Shown here: positions 12,401 to 27,282 of the stretch, piece by piece
Layout of the letters: each line of letters begins with the position of its first letter
Position numbering within the stretch: position 1 is the first letter of the stretch
Assembly (NCBI RefSeq): GCF_037042905.1
Contig: NC_087252.1
Location: 23,004,001-23,068,000, forward strand
Direction: 5' to 3'
From: Lytechinus pictus
Lineage: Eukaryota
Length of the DNA: 64,000 nt
Made by a program: the position numbers and the translations under genes
Notes under the pieces: generated by a model
The model's input: only the letters and a program-made list of their open reading frames with translations
Database searches by the model: none
What the model was told of the DNA's origin: nothing

Positions 12401-15400
12401 GATGTCACATCCCCACTTTCCTTTTCCTTATGTTATTACATGAAATCATAAATGTTTCATTATTTCATACATGTGTAAATGATGCGTCTCCATTATGATG
12501 AAATAAGTTGCAGCAGTAAATAATAATGCACTCAATCAGTTGTTTTAGTTCTTGGTAGAAAAATGTTGAATAAACCTAATTTCATATAATAAAATACAAA
12601 AAAACAAGTGGGATATGACATCATCAGCCCACCTAATGAATATTCATAAAGACATGTCTAGAACGGTTTCACCGGAATAATGCAAATCTTAAAAATTCAA
12701 TAACTTTGTTATTTGTTATCCGATTTTGATCAAATTTTCAGCATTTTGCTTTGTGAATTTTACTCTATTTATTGAGATATAAATATGTTCAGCCTGGACC
12801 ATCCCTTTAAGAGCTGATAAAATTCAATTGACTCATTCATTCATATACCAATTTATTCAGGAAGGTATTTTTGTATTAGTATGACATGTCTTGACAGCTT
12901 CATCTATCTACACTGTATAACGGGGTGCAAGCCAGTGTTTTTCTGGACGAGAATGAAGGTAGGCTAGAGTCCTTGAAAAAGCCAAAGAGATCCTGACCAA
13001 TGAGAACCATGCTCTCCATAAATATTATAATTTGATGAGGTCAGGCAAACGTCTGAGATCACTTCCGGGCAGAACCTCACGCTTTGTAAATTCTCTTGTT
13101 CCTGTTTCAATCCATACATTTAATAGCCATACTTAAAATGGTATCCCCCCTTGATCCTGCCTTTATTTCAATTTCACTATCTTTGTTTGTTGATTTGCAT
13201 AAATTAATATTATTATTATTATTGTTATTATTATTATCATTATTATGATTATTATTATTATCATTGTTGTTGTTGTTATTTACATTATGTCTTGTGTTTT
13301 TATTTCCTATAGCTTGTGAAGCGGACGAGTACATATGCCCTGGGTACTGCATTCCTGGTGATTTTGAGTGTGATTTCTGGCATGACTGTCTCAACGGAGA
13401 GGACGAGATGGGATGTGGTCATGAAGAAAGGATCAATGGTAAGTCTACAGGGAGGGGTGTTTCAAGAAGATTTAAGTTAGAGTCACATTTAAATGCTTAC
13501 GCATTTAAGCTAGACAACACACAACCTTATTGATTAATACGTAGTCGTGCACATCCTTTTGGCATGATCTGACCAATATGGTCATGAGCTTTATACCGCA
13601 CGCAACTAGGAATTTAAGTGAAACACTAAGGCATAGTTAAATCTTTGTGAAACACACCCCTCCCACTTCCTTTTATATTCACTTTTTCCACAAGCAGTTG
13701 GTGTGCTTCTCAGACATCATACTACAACATGGGCTATCCGCATTTGTACAACGCCTACTTAGCTTGTTGTACACAAGCAAATGGGAGGCTGAATGTCAAA
13801 CATTTGTACCGTTGCACACAATACGTACCATCCAAAATGTACCATTGCACAGCTTTAGGAGGTGACGTCACACAATTTAATTCATTGCGCTTAGCCTGCT
13901 GGCTAAATGCGCAATGCTGCCCAAGGTCATGTGCGCTTATGGGATTTTGCTTTTCGCTTTCAATTTTTTTGCTCCCTTTTCATAGATTACTGCAGGGAAA
14001 AACTCTTGTTTTTGTCATATTTTAATTCCGAGGCGTTGTACAACACAAATAGCAAATATTCTTATTCATGCAATGGTGAAAGAAAGAGACGCTCTATTCA
14101 ACTCAGCTAACGCCTCGTTGAATAGAGCGTCTTTCTTTCACCTCATGCGAAATCTCGCACCATCGCACTCATGTCTATTCGCTATTTGTATATTGGCTAC
14201 CCATAATTAAACCAGGGTCCCATAACACAAAGGTTAGCAATTATTGTACGCTTGATTTTTTACGATTGATAGTACATTGTAGCCAATGGAATCAGTCGTA
14301 GAAAAATGTTCTACGATCATTACTAAGCTTTGTGTTCCGGGCCCGTATTTTAAATCAAACGCAAGTTCAGTATACGGCCCAGCGAGTGCACATACATGTA
14401 CAATCCAGAAATACTCTTCATGGAAGTGCAAAGATGTATGAGATACATGTACGTATGATTATGGAAATGTATTGAAATTGATGAAATCATTGGTTCTCTC
14501 CTCTTTTTTGACATTCCAGAATACACCCTCGACCTGGACAGTTCTCAGGTATTTACGTCACCGAACTACTCCTCCCCTTACGTGGGCGACCACGGGCTGT
14601 ACTACTGGTCGTTCGATGGATCGGCCGTGGAAGGCGATTACATCATCCGGTTCACCTTCCACCCCTACAACATCAGTGCTTCGTCGTACGTCGCCTTCGG
14701 GAGCGGCCTGGACTTCACCAACCAAAGCTCTTTCTACGCCGTTTATGGAGGACAGGATGACCTTGACCTTCATCATCATTACTCCGCGGAGAACCAGGTG
14801 TGGGTGGAGTTCTACGTGGGCGGGGAAAGCACTTCCTACCCCGGTTTCTCTGCTACGGCTGAACTCATTTTGCGTTCGGGTAAGTTCAGTCGAATAGAGA
14901 AATTATCCTTTTTGAATATCTGCTACTGTAACAGCTGAGTCTTATTTCTTATCAAGGTAAGAAAAAATAAAGGAAATGTTATTAACATTACCTATGTTGA
15001 TTTAATTAAAAAGGTATTTTGCAATGAATTTACTGCAAATCGTAGGATTATGACTTTGTTGAAGTCAGCAAATACTATCTCCTGATAATCCAATCATAAA
15101 TGTAATCTACATACAAATGGCATCAAATTATTTTTAAGAAGATACTCTTACACAATTTGTGTTGGTGACAATTTTTTTCCTTTCATTAAATAGTAGTATT
15201 AGTTCTACATAACTTGTATTTGTAGTATAAGTTGTGGTAGCAATATTACTGTTGGCAGTAGGAATAAAAGTACAGTATACTAGGTAGTAGTAATAGTAGT
15301 AGTAGTGATAGTAACAGTAGCAGCACTATCAGCAGTATTAGAAATATTATAACGAGACTTATTGATATTATATCTCATTCCTTTGCATTCCTTTTTTGTA

Positions 15401-18400
15401 GACCAATGTGCTGAAAACCAGTTCCAATGCCCTGACTTAACCTGTATACCTCTATTCTACCAATGTGACTTTTATCCTGATTGTGTGCCTGGCTATACCG
15501 ATGAACTTCTTTGCCCGCATCCTCCCGTTGGTAAGGTTGTGATTTTTAAAGGACAAATCGGGGAATAACTTTAATCTCAAATTTGATAGGCATTTAAAGA
15601 GAAAAACTTTCTACTACATGTTTGTTCTGTAAGTCCTACATGTATGTTAAAAATTGCGACATAAAGGAAATTTTCTGTTGAAGTCATTAAAAAAAATGTG
15701 GAGCAAACCCTAAAAGGACTGGGCTGCAGTATTTGAGATGTATTGAGGGCTGGGGGGGGGGGGGGGGAGAGAGTCATCATGGCCCCCCAGTCCTTTTAGG
15801 GTTAAAGAATATACTTTTTATCATGTATTTATAAAATTATAAAAAAAGTTCTGAAATATAAATTTCAGAAGTGAATCAATAAATAAATGAAATGAAAATA
15901 ATTGATCATCTTATGATCATAATAATGTTTAATTGTAATGTGGTGTAGCAATAATTCAGTAACACCTTCTATCAATTTTCAGTTCACCAGGAGATTATCC
16001 TGGAAACTTCCTACGACTTCACGTCCCCTCTCTATCCTGCAAGCTATCCCGGCAACAGCACGTTCTTCCCCTACACCTTCTCATCCCCCGACCCAAGCAA
16101 GCACATCATGTTTGAGTTCTCCGTCTTCCAAGTCGGCCTAGGCGGCGCTCTCTCGTTCGGGACGGGGCACGATTATTTCAACTTCCCGTCAACTTTCGAC
16201 GTGTTCCACTCAAACGTGGCTCCTACGACTGTGTATGCACAATCGGACCAGGTGTGGGTGGAATTCTTTTCCGGTTTTACCGACGGTCAGGGATTCCGCG
16301 CGACCGTCTCGACGTATCCTGCTGGTCGTGAGTAGCGATTACTTAACCCTTTCGCTTCCTAGGCCCCTGTTGCATAAAAGTTACCGTTGTGGTAGCTTTG
16401 CCATCCAATGGTAACTTGCGTGGAATCCTTGATTTTGATTGGCTTTTGATCAGTGATACCATTGTAGTTACCATTGGATGGTCACTATAATAGTAAATTT
16501 TAAAGAACAAGTTCACCCCTACAAAAAATTGATTTGGATAAAAAGAGAAAAATCCAACAAGCATAGCACTGAAAATTTCATCAAAATCGGATCTAAAAAA
16601 GAAAGTTATGACAATCCTTGATTTTGATTGGCTGTTGATCAGTGTTACCATTGGATGGTTCCTATAATAGTAAATATTAAGCAACGGGGCCCAGGAGTTG
16701 GAAACAACTTGTAAATGTAAAAATATCATGAATGAAGGAAAAGGAAGCCTCATGCTATATGGTTTTAAAAGCAGTCAAAAGTGAGTGATAAAACACCAAA
16801 GCATTTAATTTGAATGACGATATGAAGAGGAGGAATGTTGTGGGTGTTTTGTTTGGAATAATGTACTGGGGGGGATTTCATTAAACGTCAATTATTTTTG
16901 ATGGCTTTTGTTATAAGCTACTGAAATGTTTGCATCTGATTGGCTGAGAGCAAAATAGTGTACTTGTAAATCACTGACAAAAGTTTTCATGACCCCCCAC
17001 ACACACACACACCCACAGATTCAGTTGTAAATCATTGATAATCACAATATTTTACTATAATTGCAAATGTGGAACCAATCTGGGCCCCGTCTTACAAAGA
17101 TTTACGATTGATCCAATCAATCATTAATTTATGGAAATCCATCTTTGTCAAAAAAATTTCCTCAGGAAAATTGCAAAATGTCCCTTGCAAACAGAGGAGA
17201 ACATACCAAATCATCAAGAAATCAATTAATTTATGGATATACATTCATATCTGGAGAAAAATTTTAACAAACATGCATTTTATATGTTGACTTTGCTGGC
17301 TTTCCATAGTTGCGATTGATCGGATCAATCGCAATCGGATCAATCACAACTCTTTGTAAGACGGGCCCCAGGGCATGTTTTTTTTTTAAGATGGAGTTTG
17401 TATGATGCCTTAATTTCTATTTTACTAACTCTTCTTGGCTATTAAAAGTCTAGACTGATTTTTTCTTTAAATAAAATATCAAGAGCTTCACATATGTCAA
17501 GGATCAATTATTTTGTCTATAAAATCAGGAAGCATGAGAATAATTAAAATGCAATGCTTCACGATGCACGGGGTAAGAGAATTCAGCTATGTAGCTGATG
17601 TCAGCTGATTTTTGTTTTGATTTTCATCTTAATTTTAAGTTATTTTAACTTACCTCTGTACAGAAGTATGGGGGTTCTTTCAATCTCAGGGTTTTTTTTT
17701 CCAACTCTCTTCAGCTTTTATGTGTGATCACCCTCATCATTGATAATATGAAAAAAATAAAGATTAATTGTTTTATGATTTGAAAAAAGATGATGATTTT
17801 TTTTTTCTTCTCTGATGTAAAAGTGGTTATTAGTATTGGTTTAATGTATTTTTCTCTTCTGTGTTTCTTCCCCATTTTCTTTTTCTCTCCTTCAATCCCG
17901 TAGTCATCCCTCCCACGGTGGTCTGTGATTCTAGCCAATGGGCATGTCACGATGGACTGTACTGTATTCCACTAAGCTATCGATGTGATGGTCATCAGGA
18001 CTGTCCCTCCAACGGAGAAGACGAACATGGATGTCGTAAGTAGCCATTTCCCTATCATTCCACAAATACCAACCAATATTAAACTTATTGTATTATTGAT
18101 ATGCATTTCGTACAGTAAAATTTCAATTTTTTTTTCTATTCCAATATTTCTTTAGTCAGTAAATGTTGAATCCTATCTAATACAATTAAGTATTTCAAAA
18201 TAATTCTTAACAGTCGCAATTGTCATAATTATACAGTTTGTTCATACATGTATGGAAATGTATACATACAGTTTATTCTGTGTGTGTTGATTCTTTAATT
18301 AGGACCTTGGATTATGTTTGAAACTTTTGTGTGGGGGCGTCATGGTCTAGTGGTTAAGACTCGTCTTTCAATCTGAAGGATGTGGGTTCGATTCCAAGCC

Positions 18401-21400
18401 ATGGCGTGTTTTCCTTCGGCAAGAAGTTTACCCACATGGTGCTACACTCAACCCAGGTGAGGTAAATGGGTACCGGCAGGAAGTAATTCCTAAAAAAACT
18501 GTGCGCTCCGGAATCGGTAGACTAGCTTAGCCGGGGTAATATAGGAGTGCCTAGAGCACCCAGCAAGGTGGATACGTGTGCTATACAAACCCTATATTAT
18601 TAGTTATTATTTAAACTTGATTTTGAAGAATTAAATATGACATTTGCTTTTGTATACGGGTCTAAACAAATTATTTCAACTATTAATGTTCGAACTTTAT
18701 ACATGCGTAAGGCACCTTTGACCCCCAAAGTCAAAAGTCAGGAATCCTGCAAGCATTCTTATGCTTTTAATTCTCACATTTTATTGTAGAAAATAACGGG
18801 CAATTTGCAGGAAAGCTACAATGAAAATAAATAATAATAATAATCTGCTTTCAAATATAGTGCTTAATACATTGGAACGACGTCTAAGCCCTTTACAGAC
18901 ATATTATTACCCTGGTCATAGGATTCTGGCATGCCCGCATAAGATGTATGCACTTTCTCCACTCCCTGGGGAGCATTCCAACAAGATTTCCAATACTTGA
19001 TTGCTAAGCATACGGCATAGGCTTTTGCATCCTACCGGGTACCCATTTAACACCTGGGTGGAGAGTGGCAAAGTGTGGATTGACGCCTTGCCAAAGGACG
19101 CTAGGCCGTGGTGGGATTCGAACACATGACCTCATGATTACAAGGCAAGAGTCAGAACCGCTACACCACGATGCTTCCATGAAGAGCACTCTCATAACGG
19201 GATTCCTGCCAAAAGACTCGGTATAGACGTTTGACAAGTTGCCTAACTATATATTACCATTTTATGTATTATCTATCTCTTATATTTCTTTCTTTTTCAA
19301 ATGCACAATATACGCCGTTATCTACATGTATATCTCTCATTCACTCTCTGTCTATTTAATAGCTAATTCAAACTGCAGAGAGTACCAGTTTGAATGTAAA
19401 AATGGAGCATGCCTTCCTGAGCATTCCCAGTGTAACGGCCTAGAGCAGTGCTCAGAAGGAGAAGATGAAATAGGCTGCGGGCATCAAGGTAAATCATGGG
19501 GCCTGTTTCATGAAACTTGTTACAATAACAAATTTGCAATAACAGTTTAAAGCTACTGAAATCAATCAATTCGATTGGTTGATAGTAAACTTGTTAAGCT
19601 GAAGCCAGGGTTATAATATCCAAGTCCTTATATGAGGACTGTTTATTATTATCATCATTATCATAGAAACTGTGCTATACAGGACCGTTTATTATTATTA
19701 TTGTAGAAATTGTGCATTTGTTATAACAAGTATTTATGAAAAGGGACCCAGAATGGCATAAAAATAGCGAACGGGCGTGAGTGCGATGGTACAAGGGAGA
19801 TGCTCTATTCAATGAGGTGTAGGCGATCTGAATAGAACATCTCTCCTGCACTAAATGTGAAATCTTGTATGATCGTATGAATTAGAATTATTTGCTATTT
19901 ACTTTATACAACACCTCCGAAGTTAGTGAAATTGTGAATAGAGTGAATAATGATTGATTTTTCCTTTCAGTGTTCCCTAAAAATAAGGAAACGATTAATA
20001 TCGCAAGCAAAACTTAAATTCCTTGAGCAGCATGCCTTACTAGCTCTGATTTAAGAGCATATCTGGGGAGTTTTACATGTAAGGAATTGTCGAAAGTTTT
20101 ATTTGACAAGTCCCGTTTTATCCGACAATTACCATGGTACCATTGCTTCCTATCCAATCAGGGGCATTTCATCAACATTTTTGTCTGACAAGTTGTCAGA
20201 TCTGACATCTTTCCTTGATTTTGATTGGCTGAGAGGCATTTAATGTTACTATGGCAACTGTCGGATAAAACAGGACTTGTCGGACGTTTTATCCTTTCAT
20301 GAAATGCTTTCCAGAATGAAGGAAAATGTTGATGAAATCCTCCCCTGTAGCATTAGTGCACAATGGCCCGAATTAAGCGTTCTTTATAAAGGAAATCTGC
20401 ATAAACCATGGATTCAACCGTGGGTTTTCGAAACCACCTTTGTGAATTAGGGCCTTTGAGTCTATACTCCTATGCTTATTGCCACTTGATTAGTGCACTT
20501 AGTGCAATGAATTTAATTGTATTGTGGCATCACCTAACCATGTTGTACTGTCTATGTCTTCTGTATCTTCTTGTGCAGGGCCCCCAAGTAAAACATTGTT
20601 TACTTCACTAACGGGTTACCCTTGGTAAATAAACAAAATTCCTGAAAATAAATAATTAGATACATAAACAATTTGCTGTTAATTCATTTCATTTATTGTA
20701 GGAGAATGCACTGATCAACAGTTCCGATGTACTAACGGCACGTGTATTCCGGGCCATCAGAGATGTAATTACTTTGAAGATTGCCTAGATGGATCTGACG
20801 AGAGTCAAGCAGAATGTGGTAAGCTACATTGTACTCTCTCGTAATAAAGTGTGTTTCTAAAAAAAAGGTAATCAAAGTTCAAAGGTCAGCTAAATCAAAG
20901 GTACATAGTTACTTTATTTCATGACGAATGACCATGGTAATGATATACATATATGTGTGTATAAATAGGTGTGTGTGGGTGTGTATGTGTGCGTAAAGGG
21001 CTTATAAAAGTGGTTGCAGTGTATTAAGCACATATACAGGGTGTTTCTAAAAAAGGTAACTAAAGTTCAAACGTCAGCTATATCAAGAATACAAGGATGA
21101 TTCTTGTGATTTCTAAATTGCAATACTGTATAAATCATCAATTTTAATTTTACACCTCGCTTGCGTCAACTGAAGGATATGAAACCTACATGTACTTTTT
21201 GCAAGTTTGGGGTTTTAAATACCAAACCTACTTTGTTGGAAGTTCTTGGGTTCATCAGGGATTTTTTAAATGTTTGTTTATCCGGAGCTTGCAAATTTTG
21301 TTGTATTGCCTAGTATATGAACTGTGAATGGGTTTGCTTTATGTAAATGGGCTGTCACACCTCAAGTGTCGCACAAAAGAATTATCTTGTAAACTCGATT

Positions 21401-21664
21401 ATGTACTCGCTGATTATATACCCCGATTATCTCCTTTTCTGCTCTACATAAATTTTGTTTTCTCACTCTCTCTGTTTTTTGGGCCCCTGTAATGACCCAT
21501 TATTGTTGCTGTAGATTATGATGATGATGATTATGGTGATGATGATGATGGAGATGATGATAATGATATGATGTTGATGATAGTGATAATGATGATGACG
21601 ATGATGATGATGATAATGATGATGATGAAGATGATGATGATAAAAGTGGTGGTGATGAGGATGG

Positions 21665-21695
<31 letters not shown>

Positions 21696-21717
21696 AATAA
21701 AAGTGGTGGTGATGAGA

Positions 21718-21749
<32 letters not shown>

Positions 21750-24700
21750 GATAGTGGTGGTGGTGATCGATATGGTGATGATTGTGGTAAGGATGATGAT
21801 GATCATCATGATGATGGTAATGATGATGTTGATGCTATGATGGTCATAACGACAATGATGAAGATCATGTTGATGACACGATGGTAGTCCTATGTGATGA
21901 TGATATTGATTTTCTGCTCTCAATGACGTGTTTCTCTCCCCCTCTCTTACTTTCCCTCATAAAGGACCCTGTAATAACCTGGATTCCTACACTTGCAATG
22001 CCGGTAACTGCATCCCTCTCTACTGGCGGTGTGATTTCTACATTGACTGTTACGATGGCGATGATGAAATGCAATGCCATTTCCTCAATGATCCAAGTAA
22101 GACCTCCGTAATTGATTGATTGAATTATTTATTAAGCATTATTTAAACAGGGTAACCCCATCAGTAGTCAAAGACTGTTGTACTTGGGGGCCCTGTATAA
22201 CATAAAACAAAATAAAATACAACTGCAATACAAATCCTAAACATAAACAGATGGAAATTTCAGGTGTACAGTATTGTGTTCATACAACACATTTCATTCT
22301 TCATCAAACCATCCTTTTATTCTGTCATTCTATCGTGCTATTAATTCATGCCTCATTACATGTATCTCAACTACTGTTTCCATCTCCGTTCACAAGCTCA
22401 CTATCATCATGTTTCCTCCCCTGACCAGTTGTGTAAATATTGACCATGCTGTATTACCCCCACCATGAACAACCCCTTGTTCAACTCCATCTGTTTATAC
22501 TTTCCTTATCACTATGCCTTCCTCAGAATATTATGTAACTATGTATAGTGAATTATATATTGTAGTGTAGTATAGAGAATAAAGTCAGTTGTGAATGTAA
22601 CTCCAAGCCAAGCAGACATGCCTAGTTATTGAGTAGAGATTGAGACCGAGTATGAGTTCAAGTGTGTATTAGAGTTAGGATACACATACACAAAATACAG
22701 CATCTACAGTAATAACAGAATGTTGTATATAAAATTGAGAACAATAGTTTAACCAAGAACAGAAGTAGAAAGCGATCGGGAAGGAAGGAGAAGGTAAGGG
22801 TGAGATGGGATTAAATAGAGAGCTAGAGCGGAAGAAGAAGGCACATCACCATACTTTTACAATATTATATAATAATAACATAAAATAACAATATCAATCC
22901 ATTCCAAACTGCATGGATCCAGGTTTAACAAAACTAGTACATGTAGCTAGATCGACTGTGGTCAGGGACTCACCAAGTTACGAACCAAATTTAAACTCTA
23001 GGTACAGGTGACCCATAAAGCACACTTTAATTTGTAGTTTCTCTTTAACCTGAACACCATCAATTTTATGTGGCTGCCATTAATTTCATGCTTAAAGAGA
23101 AATGCCAGTTGTGGTAACACTCTCAACAGAGTCCAATAAAATGACCACCCAAGTGTTTGTATGTATAAATAAAGAAACATATATGCCAAATGGCTCTGGA
23201 AGAAAATGTGAAATTAATGAGAAATGAGCAAAATAAATACGGAATTCCATCAAATGTCGGGTATTTTTCCAAGCAATATTAATCCGTTGTCCCCACATAT
23301 GCATTTCTGTGCTAGTGATCATGGCCCGTATTCTGAAGTCGGGTTTAAGTTAAACTCAGGTTTAAAGTTGTGGTGTAAGTATGGGAAGCCAAAAGTATCA
23401 ACATTTGTATTAAGTTGTATGTTTCTTATGTTTACTGTGCTCTTTCCTGATACATCGATGGTGGACACAATCATCTATTTATACTTATGAATGATTTGAG
23501 AGCCAAATGAGCTGAAGTATGATATCTCTACTGTTAGTGATTTATGTAACAATTGGCTTGCCATACTTAAACCACAACTTTAAACCTGAGTTTAAGTTAA
23601 ACCTGACTTCAGAATACGGGCCCATGAGTGTTGTCAGTTTTCAGCTAGCATTTTGTGATTTCACAAAGGTAAGTTTATGTTAATGTACCAGGGTCCCGTT
23701 GCATAAAAGTCACTTTGCATGAAATCCTTGATTCTGATTGGCTGTTGATCATCGTTACCATGGCAGTTATCATTGGATGGTAAAGTTACCACAATAGTAA
23801 CTTTTATGCAGCAGAGCCCAGATCTAGATAGTAGGGTGACAAATAACCTTGACTTTAAAGACTCCGTCATGAAATAATTGTTTGCTGCAACTACATGCAT
23901 TCTTTTACCTTTAACTACTCATGATGGCATTATATTTGAGTGCCCCTCCCACCATATCTCATATTGCACTTCTAAATACACATTTTCATTTTCTCATCAA
24001 ACACTGTTGCAGCCTACATTACAGTGGCGTTAGTTGAACAATACGCATTTCGCATGAGGAATGATCTTTTTAAAGGAAGTAGAAAGATGATTTAAATTGG
24101 TGTAAAATATTGTAAAAATATCATGATCTCATCCAGCTAGGTTATGTTTGCATCTTATTTTTAAAAGTCTTGTTGCAATTGCAAAATTATGATGATGTAT
24201 TATTTGTTTTATTCTTTTAATCACTGTTACAGCCAACATCACATTGGCAGTGGGTGAACAAACCAACATCACCTCCCAGAACTGGCCCGACTCTGCCGAC
24301 CCGGCCATCTACCAACTCTGGCATATCACCGCCCCCGAGGGTGCGCTGATCCACGTCGACTTCCTTGATTACGACCTCGGCGTCCAGTCTTTTATCGTCT
24401 TCTCCGATGGTCATATGGTGGGCGACCACTCCAATGAATGGGCGTACTATGGCTACCGGTTCAATCCCGAAATCCTTCTCTCTCACAATAACACCGTCTC
24501 GGTGCAGTATTTCAGCGGAGCCTACGTCGGAACCCGAGGCTTCTTCATCTCGATGAGGGCAGTGCATGGTGGTATGTTCTTAGAAAAAAATAAAAAAATA
24601 AATATTGTAATGTTGATTTCTGGAGATTTACCAGCATTATGATTTTGTATGTGCTAAAAAAGAAATTTAGATTTGTCGAGGGTGTTTCACTTGATTTTGG

Positions 24701-26654
24701 GGCTATATGATGGTTTGCAAAAAAAAATCTTGAATCTATCTTGACAAGATTTTTAGGAACTGAAAAGGACCATGAGAATGAGCAAAGTTTGACTAGATTT
24801 TCAGGCTACATGTATGTAGTCATGGATGAGAAAAGTAATTGAAGCGGAAATTAGATAATTGAATGAAAATTAGACTTAAGTGGGTACCAGACCAACCGGT
24901 ACTTAGACCAAATTAATTTAGACTTTCTGATAAGTAGACAGAATGCTAGTAGACTATTTATTGGCCTGTATTCTGAAGCCAGGTTTAATTCAAATTTGGT
25001 CTAAAGTTGTGGTTTAACTATGGATAGCCAGTTGTGACATAAATCTCTAACAGTAGAGGTTCAATGTATCAGCTCATATGACTCTCAAATCAGTCTTAAC
25101 TGTCTGGGAAGGATAAAGATACATGTAATTGTCTTCACCATTAAAGAATTAAGGAAGATCACGGTGAAGATAAGAAACATGCAATGTAAACAAATGTTTA
25201 ACATTTTTTGCTTCCCATAATTTTAGCACAAAATTAGACCATGGTCTAAGTTAAACCCGACTTCAGAATATGGGCCATTGAAAGAAAACTGTAGGTTTTG
25301 TTTTAAAATAGCATGAGAATTAGGATTAGGCGGTATGTGTACATGAAAAGTATATTGAAATCATCTGATATTTTCAATTTTTGCTCAGGCCATGTCCATC
25401 CTGCGTGTGCGGACACAGCTTATCAATGCGCTGTTGATTCTGAGTGCATCCCCCGATGGTGGTTATGTGACGGGTATCCAGATTGCTTAGAAGGAGAAGA
25501 TGAAGCAAACTGCACATACTCCCCTGCAGGTCAGTCTTTGCCTTTCTCGAGCTGATAGATTATGGTGATGATGATGGTGGTGGTGATGGTGGTGATGATG
25601 ATTATGATGATGATGATGGTGGTGGCGATGATGACGACGATGGTGGTGATCTTGATGATGATGAGGATGATGATGATGATGGTGGTGATGATGGTGACGA
25701 TATGTAGAGGAGTTGTGACTCAGTGGATAAGTCTCCGGACAATAAACCACAGGGTATGGGATTCGAATCCTACTGCAGCACTCGCGTCCTTTGGGAAGGC
25801 ATTTATCTACATTTGCCATTCTTCACCCAGGTGCAGTAAATGGTTACCTGGTAAAAAGTAATTCCTTGAATGCGTGTGCACTCGATCAGGGTAGCCGTGA
25901 TAAAGCTGGGGGAATAGTATGCAGTCCTTAGAAATGTATGTAGCGCAATGTAAATGTTGCATATCATTATTTGTAGTGGTGATGGTGGTGGTAATGATGA
26001 GGATGATGATCATGATGGTGATGTTGATGATGGTGATGTTGATGATGATGGTGATGAATATTATGAGTGTGCTGGTGACAATGATGATTATTTTGATGGC
26101 GATAACCATGATGGTGATATTTATAATTATAATATTGATGCTCATGAAACAAGAATAGTGTCTTTTCTTTACATTTTGATAGTGATAATTGATGTGATGC
26201 AATCCCCAAATGAGGAGTTTGTACATGTTTTCCTCCCCCTTTTTTTCAAATGACAATTTTTTTAATAATTAAATCTTTGTTTATAGTTTAAACAAATTTA
26301 ATAAACTTGCAGGTGAACATATTTCTCAAAGGGATAAACCTTTTTTACCTCTTGAAGAAGGTTGTAGGAATTCTTTTGAAAGAAATTTATGAAAATCATT
26401 TTTTTCTTTTTAATACAGGCGAGTGTGGTGTCCATGCAGATGAGTACAAATGCAATAACACAGACATATGCTTCCCGGGTGCTTTCAGATGTGACTACAT
26501 GCCAGATTGCCCAGAACATGATGATGAATTCAACTGTAAGTTGTTGGCCAGAATTTGTCAAACAGTTAGGTCAGGTTCCTGATGATGATGATGGTGTTGT
26601 TGATGATGATGATGATGATTATGGTGATGATTGTGTCTATGATAATGATTAATG

Positions 26655-26713
<59 letters not shown>

Positions 26714-26739
26714 GATGATGATGTTGATGATGATGATGT

Positions 26740-26791
<52 letters not shown>

Positions 26792-26855
26792 GATGATGAT
26801 GTTGATGATGATGATGGTGATGATGATGATGATGATGGTGATGATGATGTTGATG

Positions 26856-26908
<53 letters not shown>

Positions 26909-26910
26909 GT

Positions 26911-26963
<53 letters not shown>

Positions 26964-26964
26964 T

Positions 26965-27016
<52 letters not shown>

Positions 27017-27056
27017 GATGATGATGTTGATGATGATGATGGTGATGATGATGGTG

Positions 27057-27089
<33 letters not shown>

Positions 27090-27167
27090 GTGATGCTGAT
27101 GATGGTGATGATGATTATGGTGGTGGTGGTTTGGTGATGATGATGATGATGGTGATGCTGATGATGG

Positions 27168-27198
<31 letters not shown>

Positions 27199-27251
27199 GA
27201 TGATGGAGATGATGATGGTGATGATGATGATGATGATGGAGATGATGATGT

Positions 27252-27282
<31 letters not shown>

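Noticed and set aside
18333..18402. tRNA-like sequences with A and B boxes (also 38265, 25708, 19105-19175, 39110-39180)
   Set aside because: Each continues into a shared SINE body and has imperfect stems, so they are SINE heads rather than tRNA genes.
22260..22800. Possible solo LTR within a LINE-like tail
   Set aside because: I could not define TG...CA ends with a matching TSD.
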